Positions 12,601 through 21,658 of a DNA stretch of 64,000 bases are shown here, one piece after another; positions within the stretch are counted from its first letter, which is position 1, and each line of letters starts with the position of its first letter. The stretch is taken from the NCBI GenBank assembly GCA_013140775.1, contig JABFSA010000002.1:16467-80466 (forward strand). Direction: 5' to 3'. The notes beneath the pieces are model-generated. The model was not told the origin of the DNA. It worked only from the letters and a program-made list of their open reading frames with translations, and made no database searches. A program made the position numbers and the translations under genes. Origin of the DNA: Acidobacteriota bacterium (GTDB lineage: Bacteria > Acidobacteriota > Vicinamibacteria > Vicinamibacterales > UBA2999).

Positions 12601-13399
12601 CGAGCAACAGCTTCTCCCAGCGCCGCAGTTCCTCTCGCAGCCGACGGTACCGGCGAGCCTTTGCCGCCTGCCGCTTGAGAGCACCGCGTTGTTTTTCGAC
12701 TTCGAACACGATGTCGTCAACACGCGTGAGATTCTGCTGGGCCGCTTCGAGCTTGAGCTCCGCAGCGCGCCGCCGCGACTTGTACTTCGTGATCCCGGCA
12801 GCCTCCTCGATGAGCTGCCGGCGATCGGCAGGCCGCGAGCTGAGGATCAGCCCGATCTTGCCCTGCTCGATGATCGAGTACGCCTTGGCTCCGAGACCTG
12901 TGTCCATCAGGAGCTCGTGAACATCGCGGAGCCGGCACGCCTCGCCGTCGATCAGGTATTCGCTTTCGCCCGAACGGTAGAGCCGGCGCGTCACTTCGAC
13001 GTCGCGTAAAAACTCCGCCGTGACGTGGTGTCCGTTCCCATTCCCGTTTCCGTTGCCATTGCCGTTCTCGTGATGGCCGTTCCCGTTGGCCTGAGGGAAC
13101 TCGGGTAGCGGGTGTTGGGTGTCTTTGGCCGGCACAGAAAGGCCGGTCAGGCGCAGTCGCACCTCAGCCGTTCCACCTGGCTTTCGGGCATCGCTGCCAC
13201 CAAAAATGACGTCCTCCATCTTGTCGCCGCGCAGGCTCTTGGCGCTTTGTTCGCCCAGTACCCACGTGATGGCGTCGGCCACGTTGCTCTTGCCGCATCC
13301 ATTGGGACCGACAATGGCCGTAACACCTTGATCAAACGCGAGTTCCGCGCGATCAGAGAAGGACTTGAAACCGTTGATCTCGAGACGTTCTAGGCGCAT
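9635..13399 (-). CDS. smc: Chromosome segregation protein SMC
   Basis: 1254-aa ORF with Walker A (GPNGCGKSN), long coiled-coil arms, a hinge, the signature motif [13 protein letters not shown] and Walker B ([10 protein letters not shown]). It carries an unusual Asn/Gly/His-rich insertion near residue 105. Confidence 0.96.
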   Translation of the reverse strand: MRLERLEINGFKSFSDRAELAFDQGVTAIVGPNGCGKSNVADAITWVLGEQSAKSLRGDKMEDVIFGGSDARKPGGTAEVRLRLTGLSVPAKDTQHPLPEFPQANGNGHHENGNGNGNGNGNGHHVTAEFLRDVEVTRRLYRSGESEYLIDGEACRLRDVHELLMDTGLGAKAYSIIEQGKIGLILSSRPADRRQLIEEAAGITKYKSRRRAAELKLEAAQQNLTRVDDIVFEVEKQRGALKRQAAKARRYRRLREELRRWEKLLLGRRYRELGRAIEAARTRLAETREREVAATARVAEGEADLARLRIEQAEADSRSATVREEAHARELDISRRQQQQEFNRHQVETLAVRVSEIATELEDLKARQEPARLAVSARAEVAADAARSRDEALQTLTDASEASAQAQRQVDAAEAEVDKARGNVFAALNAVTALRHVIDHAATQRGRVGEVLAKLDVEQDDHRREAETISAFHKSAVESLSRAKGVLEQVRLDAAMRESELSAARAEYEAHVQAVRVHEQELARVEARLSSLMEIEASRGEFGDAARMVLVQANGRVGQRGAVADYLDVDRRYERAVEACLGDLLQHVVVDRHDQAAAGLSLVREQDAGRCGFVVIDPGSNGYHPREALRIPGIVPISDVLRVSGPHVITIQKVMPEAYIAETFDQAVAMSRQTSAPVATIDGDLFRGPHLVSGGAKVESRGILATKREIKELRERLVVDRETTARLTDETARLEVAIAQASSALTALTAEQHRQEMAIVGCDAQVARAIEEAGRLERKAEVILLERRQAEEEQAALNARHAEAESSVGHLLDDQRQADERLAEAQRQLAAARETVADLNARAGDARAAHAALVERTTAIEAEVVRLQEMARDVDHRIAARSGELDQVHARRASLQQAIVDETRTLNEDADALDALRAQVRHADEAAATVRGSVDTQDVVIRDARRSLDEVRGLAGELEIARATAESDLGHLAQVCAETMQTTLDEVLADVEAMELAGETTPDAAAITADEPELEEGDQSQGMDAASVPTAVPVEPVRAGQMTAEEAISTLKAKIDRLGPVNMMAIEQFDELEGRHTFLTTQRKDLVDSIAQTMEAITRIDETSKARFNEAFAAIQVNFQQTFSVLFGGGRAGLSLLDENDPLESGIDIVASPPGKRLQSVQLLSGGEKALTAIALMFAIFRYKPSPFCLLDEIDAPLDDANVGRFVEMLRGMLDRTQFILITHNRRTMEIANRLYGVTMEEPGVSKLISVQLN

Positions 13400-13429
13400 A
13401 GCTTTTTCGGGGCTCAGAAAGGGATCGTC

Positions 13430-13458
13430 AGTCTAAACAGCGCAAGCCCTAGTGGCAA
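13430..13458 (-). promoter_or_regulatory. Candidate sigma70-type promoter for smc (TTGCCA-17 nt-TAGACT)
   Basis: On the minus strand the sequence reads TTGCCActagggcttgcgctgttTAGACT, about 30 nt upstream of the smc ATG, in a locally AT-richer stretch. Confidence 0.3.
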
Positions 13459-13582
13459 GAGCAAAGTACACCCACAATATTTGGGCAACAGCCCCGAAAA
13501 TGAGGCACGGCCGGGAGGCGCCAGCGCCTGGCTTCAGCGGAGCATGAACCGATGAACTGAAACCGAGCCGGAACGGGAGGTG

Positions 13583-15208
13583 TTAGCGCTGCGCCCGGCG
13601 ATCGGGCGTTGCCGACAGACGCATCAGAGCCGCGGCTTCGGGGAAGAGCGTCAGGGAATACTGCAGCTGGGGGTCCTGCTTGGCAAGATTCTTCCGGGCA
13701 ACCGCGACACCGAAGAGGTCAACATCAATCTCAAATCGCATCATCGCCCGGATAAAGGGCTGATCCTGCGTCCACGCGGCCTCGTCGATACGAAGCCTGG
13801 ACTTCTGGACGTGGTCCTTGAACTCCGCGACCATGGCGTCGGTCAACACGAAGTCTTCGGTGAGCTCGCGGAGGGCCCCAGCCGGGTTCACGCTGATCCG
13901 GCGATCGCCGGAGCGCGTAAAGCGCTGAGCAAACGTATCGAAGAGGTTTCGCGCGAAAAGCGTGCGCCCGAAGCGCGTAGGGTTGAAGCCTTCGGTCGGT
14001 CCGTCAAAGCGGCGGTCCGGGTCCACGCCACCACCGCTGTAAACGCGGCGCCCGCCGTCGGTAAACTTCAGATCCTCCGCCTTGTGGGCCTTGCCCGGAT
14101 CCTGCTCGCGCAGCGAGTAGGTCAGATATTCATCGAACGTTCCGTCCCAGGGCCGCTGAATCAGTCGCCCGCTGGGCGTGTAGTACCGCGCAGTGGTCAC
14201 GGCCACACCGGCGCCCTCGGACACACGATAGACGCTCTGAACGAGCGCCTTTCCGAACGTGGTCTCTCCAACAATGAGCGATCGGTCGTGGTCCTGGAGC
14301 GCACCCGAGACAATTTCCGACGCGCTGGCGCTGTTGCGATTGACCAGCGTAATCATCGGCATCTCGAGGTAGTCGCTCTGCTCCGTGGCTCGATAGTCCT
14401 GGTCGGAATTGGCCACGCGTCCGCGCGTGTACACGATCATGTCGCCACGCGGGAGGAAACGATTGCTGATCTTGATGGCCTGGTCGAGGGCTCCGCCGGG
14501 GTTGTTGCGAAGGTCGAGCACGAACCGCCGCATGCCGCTCCGCCGGAGATCCTGCAGCGCCTTCCCTATTTCGTCGTCGGAGTTCTCTCCGAAATCTGAC
14601 AGCAGGATGTAGCCCGTCGTGTCATCGAGCATGAAGGCCGCACGCACGGTCGGGATGTGGATCTCGTCGCGGATGACCGACAGGTCGATGAGCTTCTCGT
14701 AGCCGCTCCGCTTGATGGCAATTCGAACGGGAGTGCCTCGGGCGCCACGAAGCAGGCGGACGGCCTGGTCACTCGTCCAGCCCTTGGTGTCCTGGCCTTC
14801 GATCTGCGCGATCACGTCACCCCGACGCAAGCCGCGCTGGTAGGCCGGCGAGCCTTCGAACAGGGAAAAGACGGTAATCTCGCCATCGACGACCTGGATG
14901 GAGATACCGAGACCGTAATACCGGCCCTCCTGCCGCTCCCGCATCTGGGCGTAGCTGCGGGGATCCATGAAGCTGGAATGGGGGTCCAGCGTCTGGAGCA
15001 TGCCGGAAATGGCCGCGTACACGAGGCGGTCCGACTCGACGGTGCCGACGTAATTGGCCTCGACCGCGCTCAGCGCCGCGGTAAATACCTTGTATTGTTC
15101 GGGAACCTGGTCCTGAGCGACCAGCTCGCTGCGGCCGTAGAAGCCGCCCAGGAGGGCGCAGACCGTGATGGCAAATACGGACGCCGAGAAGTACCGGTAG
15201 CCCCGCAT
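13583..15208 (-). CDS. S41 family C-terminal processing peptidase with a PDZ domain
   Basis: It has an N-terminal hydrophobic anchor, a PDZ-like region (GLGISIQVVDGEITVFSLFEGSPAYQRGLRRGDVI), the sequence LDLRNNPGG, and the catalytic region NSASASEIVSGALQDHDRSLIVGETTFGK. Confidence 0.9.
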   Translation of the reverse strand: MRGYRYFSASVFAITVCALLGGFYGRSELVAQDQVPEQYKVFTAALSAVEANYVGTVESDRLVYAAISGMLQTLDPHSSFMDPRSYAQMRERQEGRYYGLGISIQVVDGEITVFSLFEGSPAYQRGLRRGDVIAQIEGQDTKGWTSDQAVRLLRGARGTPVRIAIKRSGYEKLIDLSVIRDEIHIPTVRAAFMLDDTTGYILLSDFGENSDDEIGKALQDLRRSGMRRFVLDLRNNPGGALDQAIKISNRFLPRGDMIVYTRGRVANSDQDYRATEQSDYLEMPMITLVNRNSASASEIVSGALQDHDRSLIVGETTFGKALVQSVYRVSEGAGVAVTTARYYTPSGRLIQRPWDGTFDEYLTYSLREQDPGKAHKAEDLKFTDGGRRVYSGGGVDPDRRFDGPTEGFNPTRFGRTLFARNLFDTFAQRFTRSGDRRISVNPAGALRELTEDFVLTDAMVAEFKDHVQKSRLRIDEAAWTQDQPFIRAMMRFEIDVDLFGVAVARKNLAKQDPQLQYSLTLFPEAAALMRLSATPDRRAQR

Positions 15209-15230
15209 GACAAAACTATAAACGGTTACC

Positions 15231-15260
15231 TTGACCCCGTCCAGATCGCATTTCTATAAT
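15231..15260 (+). promoter_or_regulatory. Candidate sigma70 promoter for tatA-tatC (TTGACC-18 nt-TATAAT)
   Basis: A near-consensus -35/-10 pair lies 100 nt upstream of the tatA ATG. A GGAG sequence lies 10 nt before that ATG. Confidence 0.5.
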
Positions 15261-15360
15261 CCATTGAATCACTTGCGGGCGATTGTGGCCATGTCTTCGA
15301 CACCCGGCTGGCCCGCCCCCCCGCAGTAGCAAGACCGGCCGAGGCCGACTGGAGCAGCGT

Positions 15361-15666
15361 ATGTTTGGGTCTATCGGAATGCCGGAGCTCGTGATCATTC
15401 TGGTGATTGCGCTGATCATCTTCGGGCCACGGAAACTTCCAGAGCTGGGCCGGTCGCTCGGCAAGAGCATCGGAGAATTCAAGAAAGCGTCGAACGAGCT
15501 CAGGAGCACGCTCGAGGAAGAGATTCGGGTTGAGGATCAACGCGACCAGCGCGCGATCCTCCGTGCGGAGCAGGAGACGGCCATCTCCGGCGCCCTGCCG
15601 ACCACTCCAGCTCCTCCGGCCGACGAAACGGTCACTCGCACGACCGGCACCGGCCCAGTGGCCTAG
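15361..15666 (+). CDS. tatA: Twin-arginine translocase subunit TatA/E
   Basis: The ATG at 15361 gives MFGSIGMPELVIILVIALIIFGPRKLPELGRSLGKSIGEFKKA, a canonical TatA sequence. The longer ORF from 15283 adds an implausible Arg/Pro-rich leader. Confidence 0.93.
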   Translation: MFGSIGMPELVIILVIALIIFGPRKLPELGRSLGKSIGEFKKASNELRSTLEEEIRVEDQRDQRAILRAEQETAISGALPTTPAPPADETVTRTTGTGPVA

Positions 15667-16484
15667 TGGCCCTCGTTCCCTTCCCAAGCAAGACCGCGGG
15701 GGCGCCAGGCCCCCGCGATCCGGACGATGACGCGGATCCCGAGGAGAGCGATGCGGGAAAGATGTCGTTCCTCGAGCATCTCGATGAACTGCGCCGACGC
15801 ATCATCTACACGGTCGTTTCAATCGGCGTGGGCTTCGTCATCTCGTTTTTCTTCATCAACGAGATCTTCGACTTCATCATGCGGCCGCTCAAGCAGATGC
15901 TGCCGCCCGGCGGCACGCTCATCTACACCGATCCCACGGAAGCCTTCGTCCTCTACATCAAGATCGCGCTCATCGCCGGCCTGATTCTGGCGTCGCCAGC
16001 CGTCATGACCCAGGTATGGCTCTTCGTCGCGCCGGGTCTGTACTCAAACGAGAAAAAGTGGGCCATTCCGTTCGTGGTGATGTCGTCATTTTTCTTCGTG
16101 CTCGGTGCGGCCTTCTCGCACTACGTCGTGTTCCCGCTGACCTGGAAGTTCTTCGTCAGCTTCACCACCGACATCGTGACCTTCGCGCCTCGAATCGAAC
16201 CGGCGTTCTCGATGTATCTCCGCCTGCTCCTCGCCTTCGGCATCGTTTTTCAGATGCCGACGCTGATCCTGTTCCTGGCCCGCATGGGTCTGGTGTCAGC
16301 GGGGTTCCTCCTTCGCAACTTCAAGTTCGCGGTCCTCATCATGGTGATCGTCTCGGCCGTGGTGACACCTGACGGTGGCGGCGTGTCGCTCGTCGCCATG
16401 ACCGGTCCCATGATCCTCCTCTACTGCCTGAGCATTTTTCTGGCGTGGATGTTCGGGAAGGTCAAGGGTCCTGAATCCGTCTAA
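15666..16484 (+). CDS. tatC: Twin-arginine translocase subunit TatC
   Basis: It contains MSFLEHLDELRRRIIY and six hydrophobic segments. The start is uncertain. The GTG at 15666 overlaps the tatA stop, and the alternative ATG at 15762 gives the canonical N-terminus. Confidence 0.9.
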   Translation: MALVPFPSKTAGAPGPRDPDDDADPEESDAGKMSFLEHLDELRRRIIYTVVSIGVGFVISFFFINEIFDFIMRPLKQMLPPGGTLIYTDPTEAFVLYIKIALIAGLILASPAVMTQVWLFVAPGLYSNEKKWAIPFVVMSSFFFVLGAAFSHYVVFPLTWKFFVSFTTDIVTFAPRIEPAFSMYLRLLLAFGIVFQMPTLILFLARMGLVSAGFLLRNFKFAVLIMVIVSAVVTPDGGGVSLVAMTGPMILLYCLSIFLAWMFGKVKGPESV

Positions 16485-16511
16485 CGCGTCGCCCGAGACG
16501 GTAAACCGCAC

Positions 16512-17447
16512 GTGGTAATCCGGTCGTCATCATCTCGCGATGTCGAACACCTGATCGCGGAGCTGCGCGACGGCGGAACGACGCGCCGGGAAACCGCTGT
16601 GGCACGACTTCGCCTCCTCGGGAGCCGTGCCGACGAACGGCTCGCCACACTGATCGCGTCCGATGCACCCTCTGACGCACGAGCCGCGGCACTGAAGGCG
16701 ATCGAAGGGCGCGAGGATGCGCGCGCGCGCCAGATCGCTGCGGCGGCATGCCGGGACAGCGAGTCGGAGGTCGCCATTGCAGCGATCGGCGTGTTGCGAG
16801 GATCGGTGGCCGGTGAACCTGGGACGGATGCGCTCGACGCGCTGGTTGGTGTCGCCGTTGACTCAGAGCGTGACGCGGTTGTTCGACAGAGCGCCGTGGA
16901 CGCATTGTCAGAGCTGCCTGCTGACATCGTTCGACCGCTGCTGCAGGGTTTGCCCGAGTCGCTGCTGCCAGGCGCGGAGCCATCATCGCACCCGGTCGCA
17001 ACCATCGGGGACCCTCTGTCGATGAGCGCGTGGATCAACGAGCATCGAGAGGCACCGCTGTCGTCGCTTCACGAGGCCGTGACGCGAATTCGCCAGCGCG
17101 AATCAGATGAACTCCCCCCGCAAGTGAGGGACGCCTGGACCGCCGCCCGAGGCGCCGCTCACGCGGCGCTGGCGGCCCGGGGCAGTCGCGTCGCGCTCTA
17201 CGACTTGCGCGAGAGCTTCGATTCGACTCCCCGATCCCTGCCGCTCGACTTCCTCACCGCGATGGGAGAGATCGGGGACGCCTCGTGTCTCGAGCCGATG
17301 GCCAAGGCCTGGTCGGCTGCGCCGAACGACGCCTGGTGGCGCGCGCGCCTGCAGGACACCGCGACGGCAGTCATGAAGAGGGAGGCGCTCACCGCTCGCC
17401 AAGCCGTGGTGAAACGCGTCCGCTCGAAATATCCTGACTTCGTGTAG
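16512..17447 (+). CDS. Hypothetical protein, Ala/Arg-rich and helical, HEAT-repeat-like
   Basis: 311-aa ORF with a GTG start and repeated helical units (LIAELRDGGTTRRETAVARL..., AAALKAIEG..., VAIAAIGVL...). I recognise no catalytic motif. Confidence 0.45.
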   Translation: MVIRSSSSRDVEHLIAELRDGGTTRRETAVARLRLLGSRADERLATLIASDAPSDARAAALKAIEGREDARARQIAAAACRDSESEVAIAAIGVLRGSVAGEPGTDALDALVGVAVDSERDAVVRQSAVDALSELPADIVRPLLQGLPESLLPGAEPSSHPVATIGDPLSMSAWINEHREAPLSSLHEAVTRIRQRESDELPPQVRDAWTAARGAAHAALAARGSRVALYDLRESFDSTPRSLPLDFLTAMGEIGDASCLEPMAKAWSAAPNDAWWRARLQDTATAVMKREALTARQAVVKRVRSKYPDFV

Positions 17448-17482
17448 CGCGTGGACGTTGTGTCCGGCTTAAACGGACCTGA

Positions 17483-18937
17483 TCAGTACGACTTCGCGAA
17501 CCAGGCATGAACCTTCGCAGGCTCACCGCACTTGATGCAGGACTTACCCGCAACCGGTGCGCTCGCGAACGGAATGTTTCGAATCGTCGCCTGCGTTTCA
17601 GTCTTGATCGACGCCTCACACGTTGCCGATTCACACCACGGCGACACCACGAAGCCAGGCCGCCCTTCCATCACCTCTTTGAACGTGGCGTAGGAATCGG
17701 TCTCGGTCGTGTGTTCGGTCCGGTACGCGACGGCTCGATCGAAGAGCGCCTGCTGAATGGTGTTCAACAAGGACTCAGCGTGCGCGGCCAATCCCTCCAT
17801 CGGCACGAACGCTTTTTCTCTCGTGTCTCGGCGGGCAAGAACGACCTGCGACTTCTCGATGTCCTTGGGACCGATCTCCAGACGCAGCGGCACACCGCGC
17901 ATTTCCCATTCATTGAACTTCCAGCCGGGTGTCTGCGAGTCGCGATCATCGAGCATCACGCGGATTCCGCGTGCGACCAGTTGGTCACGAATGGCCTTTG
18001 CCTTCGGCAGGACGGTTTCGCGCCAGTTCCCACGCATGATCGGCACCATCACGACCTGATACGGTGCGATCTTCGGCGGCAGAATCAGCCCGCCGTCGTC
18101 GCCATGCGTCATGATGACGCCGCCGATCATGCGCGTTGACACGCCCCATGACGTGCCCCACACGTGTTGCACTGACTTGTCGCGGGCCTGGAACTTGATG
18201 TCGAACACCTTGGCAAAGTTCTGACCGAGGTTGTGCGAGGTTCCGGCCTGCAGCGCCCGCCCGTCGCGCATGAGCGCTTCGATCGAGTACGTGCGTTCGG
18301 CGCCGGCAAACTTTTCGCTCTCTGACTTCTGCCCGTCCATCACCGGCATCGCCAGCTCGTTCTCGGCGAAATCCTTGTACACAGCCAGCATGCGCAGCGT
18401 TTCCTCCTGCGCCTCTTCGGCTGTCTCATGCGCCGTGTGACCTTCCTGCCAGAGGAACTCGGTCGTGCGCAGGAAGAGGCGCGTCACCTTCTCCCAACGC
18501 ACCACGTTCGCCCACTGGTTGATCAAAATTGGGAGGTCGCGCCACGACTGCACCCATTTGGCGTACATCGTCCCGATGATCGTTTCCGATGTCGGCCGGA
18601 TCACCAGACGCTCTTCGAGCTTTTCGTTTCCGCCCTGCGTCACCCAGGCGACCTGAGGCGCGAAGCCTTCGACATGTTCGGCCTCACGCGTCAGCAGGCT
18701 CTCGGGAATCAACAGCGGGAAGTACGCATTGACGTGTCCCGTGGCCTTGAAGCGGCGATCGAGCCCCTGCTGGATCAGCTCCCAGATCGCGTAGCCGTAC
18801 GGCCGTATGACCATGCAACCCTTGACGGGCGAATAGTCAGCCAGCTCGGCACGACGGACAACGTCGATGTACCAACGGCCAAAGTCCTGGGATTGCGGGG
18901 TGATTTCAGTTGGAAGGTCAGGAATCTCAGTGGTCAT
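17483..18937 (-). CDS. proS: Prolyl-tRNA synthetase, archaeal/eukaryotic type
   Basis: 484 aa with class II motifs, no bacterial INS editing domain, and a C-terminal Zn-binding-type domain (CESATCE...CIKCGEPAKVHAWFAKSY). Confidence 0.92.
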   Translation of the reverse strand: MTTEIPDLPTEITPQSQDFGRWYIDVVRRAELADYSPVKGCMVIRPYGYAIWELIQQGLDRRFKATGHVNAYFPLLIPESLLTREAEHVEGFAPQVAWVTQGGNEKLEERLVIRPTSETIIGTMYAKWVQSWRDLPILINQWANVVRWEKVTRLFLRTTEFLWQEGHTAHETAEEAQEETLRMLAVYKDFAENELAMPVMDGQKSESEKFAGAERTYSIEALMRDGRALQAGTSHNLGQNFAKVFDIKFQARDKSVQHVWGTSWGVSTRMIGGVIMTHGDDGGLILPPKIAPYQVVMVPIMRGNWRETVLPKAKAIRDQLVARGIRVMLDDRDSQTPGWKFNEWEMRGVPLRLEIGPKDIEKSQVVLARRDTREKAFVPMEGLAAHAESLLNTIQQALFDRAVAYRTEHTTETDSYATFKEVMEGRPGFVVSPWCESATCEASIKTETQATIRNIPFASAPVAGKSCIKCGEPAKVHAWFAKSY

Positions 18938-20522
18938 GTCTGCGTTGAGCGACTCGTTTCATCCAGTGTAGATCGTCGCGATGGTGAAAATCGGTTCGAA
19001 AGTGCGCGCCGCGGCTCTCCGTCCGACGAAGCGCCGCCTGTGCGATGAGTCCCCCGACGGTCGCAAGGTTCTCCACCCGGCGTACGTCGGGATCATGCGT
19101 CTCCTCCTTGTGCCGGCCGATGGCCCACGTCCATGCCCGCAACCGCGTAACGGCGGTTTCGAGGCCGGCGTGAGTTCGCAGCACACCTACATGCCGCCAC
19201 ATGAGATCTCTGACTTCACCCGCGGTTGGCACGGTGGCGTCGCCTGAGTCGCGCTCCAGGCCATCGTCCACCACATCCGACTCGGGTAACTGTGCCGGCT
19301 CGCCGCCTGCACGCATGGCCAGCGCCGCGCGCGCGCCGAAGACGAGCCCTTCGAGAAGCGAGTTGCTGGCCAGACGATTCGCGCCGTGCACACCGGTACA
19401 GGCAACCTCGCCCGCTGCATAGAGGCCTGGCAAGGAGGTGTTCCCGTCCAGATCGGTCTGGACGCCACCCATGACGTAGTGAGCCGCCGGCCTCACCGGG
19501 ATTGGATCCGCCGTCAGGTCCAGACCTGCTGCCGCACATGTCTGTGCAATGGTCGGAAAACGTTCACGAATGAACGCTGCTGGAAGGTGCGCCAGCGTCA
19601 GATACACCGGCGACGCCGTGCGCTCGGCCTCACGGACCATCGCGCGCGAAACGAGGTCGCGAGAGGCCAGATCGCCCGCGGGCTCGTATCTCTCCATGAA
19701 CGACTCGCCCAGGTTGTTCACCAGCCTGGCGCCCTCACCGCGAAGCGCCTCGGACAACAGAAACCTTGGTGCACCTGCAACGCTCAGCACAGTCGGATGA
19801 AACTGGACAAACTCGAGATCCGCGACGCGCGCACCAGCATGAAACGCCATGGCGACACCGTCACCAGTGGCGATCATCGGGTTCGTGGTCTCACGAAATA
19901 CCTGACCAGCACCGCCGGTCGCAAGCAATGTGCGCTCAGCAACCACCGTCCCGAGCCCGTCGCCTGTCATGAACCGGGCCCCGGCACAGCGGCCGTCATG
20001 AACGTTCAACGCCAGTGCTTGCGCATCGCCGACCACGCGAATTCGCGGGTTGCTGCTGACGCGGGTCCAGAGCACTCGCGCAATCTCTCTCCCGGTCGCA
20101 TCATGAGCGTGCAGCACACGACGCACGCTGTGTGCTCCTTCACGAGCCAGCGCAGGGGTTCCGTCCTCTCCTCGATCGAAGGCTGCGCCCCAAGCCATGA
20201 GCTCGGTTACGTAGCGTGGCCCTTCACGCACCAACAGATTGACAGCGTCGGGATCGCAGAGGCCGTCGCCGGCAGCGAGAGTGTCGCTCGCATGGAGTTC
20301 TGGCGAATCGTCGGGACCCACAGCCGCCGCAATACCGCCCTGCGCGTACCCGGTGTTGCTCTCACGAGGATCGGCTTTCGTCAGGACGACGACGTCACCG
20401 GTTTCGGCGAGGGCCAACGCCGCACGCAGACCGGCGATGCCACTGCCGATGACGAGAAAGTCGCTGCGCAGATCCCCTTGACGATCGAAGCGGGGGTGCC
20501 CTGGACCAGTCGAAGGGGTCAC
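18927..20522 (-). CDS. nadB: L-aspartate oxidase
   Basis: It has an FAD-binding N-terminus (DFLVIGSGIAGLRAAL), the sequence YAQGGIAA, and HPTVL...RGEGA, RLASNSLLEG and ESRGAHFR motifs. It starts at GTG, and its 3' end overlaps the proS start by 11 nt. Confidence 0.93.
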   Translation of the reverse strand: MTPSTGPGHPRFDRQGDLRSDFLVIGSGIAGLRAALALAETGDVVVLTKADPRESNTGYAQGGIAAAVGPDDSPELHASDTLAAGDGLCDPDAVNLLVREGPRYVTELMAWGAAFDRGEDGTPALAREGAHSVRRVLHAHDATGREIARVLWTRVSSNPRIRVVGDAQALALNVHDGRCAGARFMTGDGLGTVVAERTLLATGGAGQVFRETTNPMIATGDGVAMAFHAGARVADLEFVQFHPTVLSVAGAPRFLLSEALRGEGARLVNNLGESFMERYEPAGDLASRDLVSRAMVREAERTASPVYLTLAHLPAAFIRERFPTIAQTCAAAGLDLTADPIPVRPAAHYVMGGVQTDLDGNTSLPGLYAAGEVACTGVHGANRLASNSLLEGLVFGARAALAMRAGGEPAQLPESDVVDDGLERDSGDATVPTAGEVRDLMWRHVGVLRTHAGLETAVTRLRAWTWAIGRHKEETHDPDVRRVENLATVGGLIAQAALRRTESRGAHFRTDFHHRDDLHWMKRVAQRRHDH

Positions 20523-20524
20523 GG

Positions 20525-21646
20525 ATGCTATCCTATCAACCCTTGAGCAGTCACGTCGTCAACGAGCCTGTCCGAGTCGATGTCAGCACAGGTTCCAGCG
20601 CATCGACGATCTGGATTGGTGACGGTGTCGTAGACAGCGCCTCGGCCCTTTTTGAGGCCCAGCACCTCAGCAGTCGCCGCTTCGTCGTGTCGAATCCTGT
20701 GGTCTGGCGACTCCACGGCGAGCGCATCAGTCGCGCGCTTGGCGGCGTCGAACCGATTCTCATTCCAGACGGGGAACGGTTCAAGACACTACAGTCTGTC
20801 TCGCGTGTCTACGAGGGCCTGGTTCGCGCCGGGGCCGATCGTGGCAGCGCGCTCATCGCCGTCGGTGGCGGTGTTGTCGGCGACACGGCAGGTTTTGCCG
20901 CCGCCACATTTCTTCGTGGCATCGCGCTCGCTCACATCCCCACAACCCTTCTGGCGCAGGTGGACAGCTCCATCGGCGGCAAGGTTGGCGTGAATCTGGC
21001 GCTCGGCAAGAACCTGATCGGCGCGTTTCACCAGCCGGCGGTGGTACTGGTGGACCCGTCGTTTTTGTCCACATTGCCCCGACGGGAGTTCCGGTCAGGC
21101 CTGTACGAAGTCGTGAAGTACGGAATGATTGCCAGCCGCGATCTCTTCGAGCGTGTGTCGTCCGGCACGAAGGCCATCTTTGCAAGAGATGCCGAGGTGC
21201 TGACCCCGGCGATCGTCGAGTCCTGCAGGATCAAAGCCGACGTCGTATCCCAGGACGAACGTGAGAGCGGCCTGCGCCGGATCCTGAACTTTGGCCACAC
21301 GATTGGTCACGCGCTCGAATCGGTGACGAAGTATCGCCGGTTCCGCCACGGCGAGGCGATCGCGTACGGCATGCTCGCAGCGGCGGACCTTGCGGTGGCC
21401 CGGGGGGCACTGGCCGAGCGGGAACGGCAGGGACTCGCGGATCTCATCACGACGCTTGGCCCCCTCCCTCCGGTGGTCGATCTTCCAATCTCCGAGGTGA
21501 TGGACGCGGTGCGCCGCGACAAAAAGGTCATCAACGGAACGCTGCATTTCGTCATCGCGATCCAGATTGGCGCAACGATGACGATCGACGATGTGACCGA
21601 GGATGAAATTCGTGCGGTACTCGGACGTCTCGGGCTGGTGCCGTAG
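20525..21646 (+). CDS. aroB: 3-dehydroquinate synthase
   Basis: It contains GGGVVGDTAGFAAATFLRGIALAHIPTTLLAQVDSSIGGKVGVN and NFGHTIGHALE motifs. The start is uncertain: the ATG at 20525 lies 2 nt from the divergent nadB start, and a TTG at 20543 is also possible. Confidence 0.92.
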   Translation: MLSYQPLSSHVVNEPVRVDVSTGSSASTIWIGDGVVDSASALFEAQHLSSRRFVVSNPVVWRLHGERISRALGGVEPILIPDGERFKTLQSVSRVYEGLVRAGADRGSALIAVGGGVVGDTAGFAAATFLRGIALAHIPTTLLAQVDSSIGGKVGVNLALGKNLIGAFHQPAVVLVDPSFLSTLPRREFRSGLYEVVKYGMIASRDLFERVSSGTKAIFARDAEVLTPAIVESCRIKADVVSQDERESGLRRILNFGHTIGHALESVTKYRRFRHGEAIAYGMLAAADLAVARGALAERERQGLADLITTLGPLPPVVDLPISEVMDAVRRDKKVINGTLHFVIAIQIGATMTIDDVTEDEIRAVLGRLGLVP

Positions 21647-21658
21647 ACGGGCTGCGCT

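Noticed and set aside
13580-14599. 339-aa plus-strand ORF opposite the S41 peptidase gene
   Set aside because: This is a shadow ORF. The minus-strand frame carries the PDZ and Ser-Lys catalytic motifs, while this frame has none.
19386-20546. 386-aa plus-strand ORF opposite nadB
   Set aside because: This is a shadow ORF inside the L-aspartate oxidase gene, with Arg-rich, low-complexity translation.
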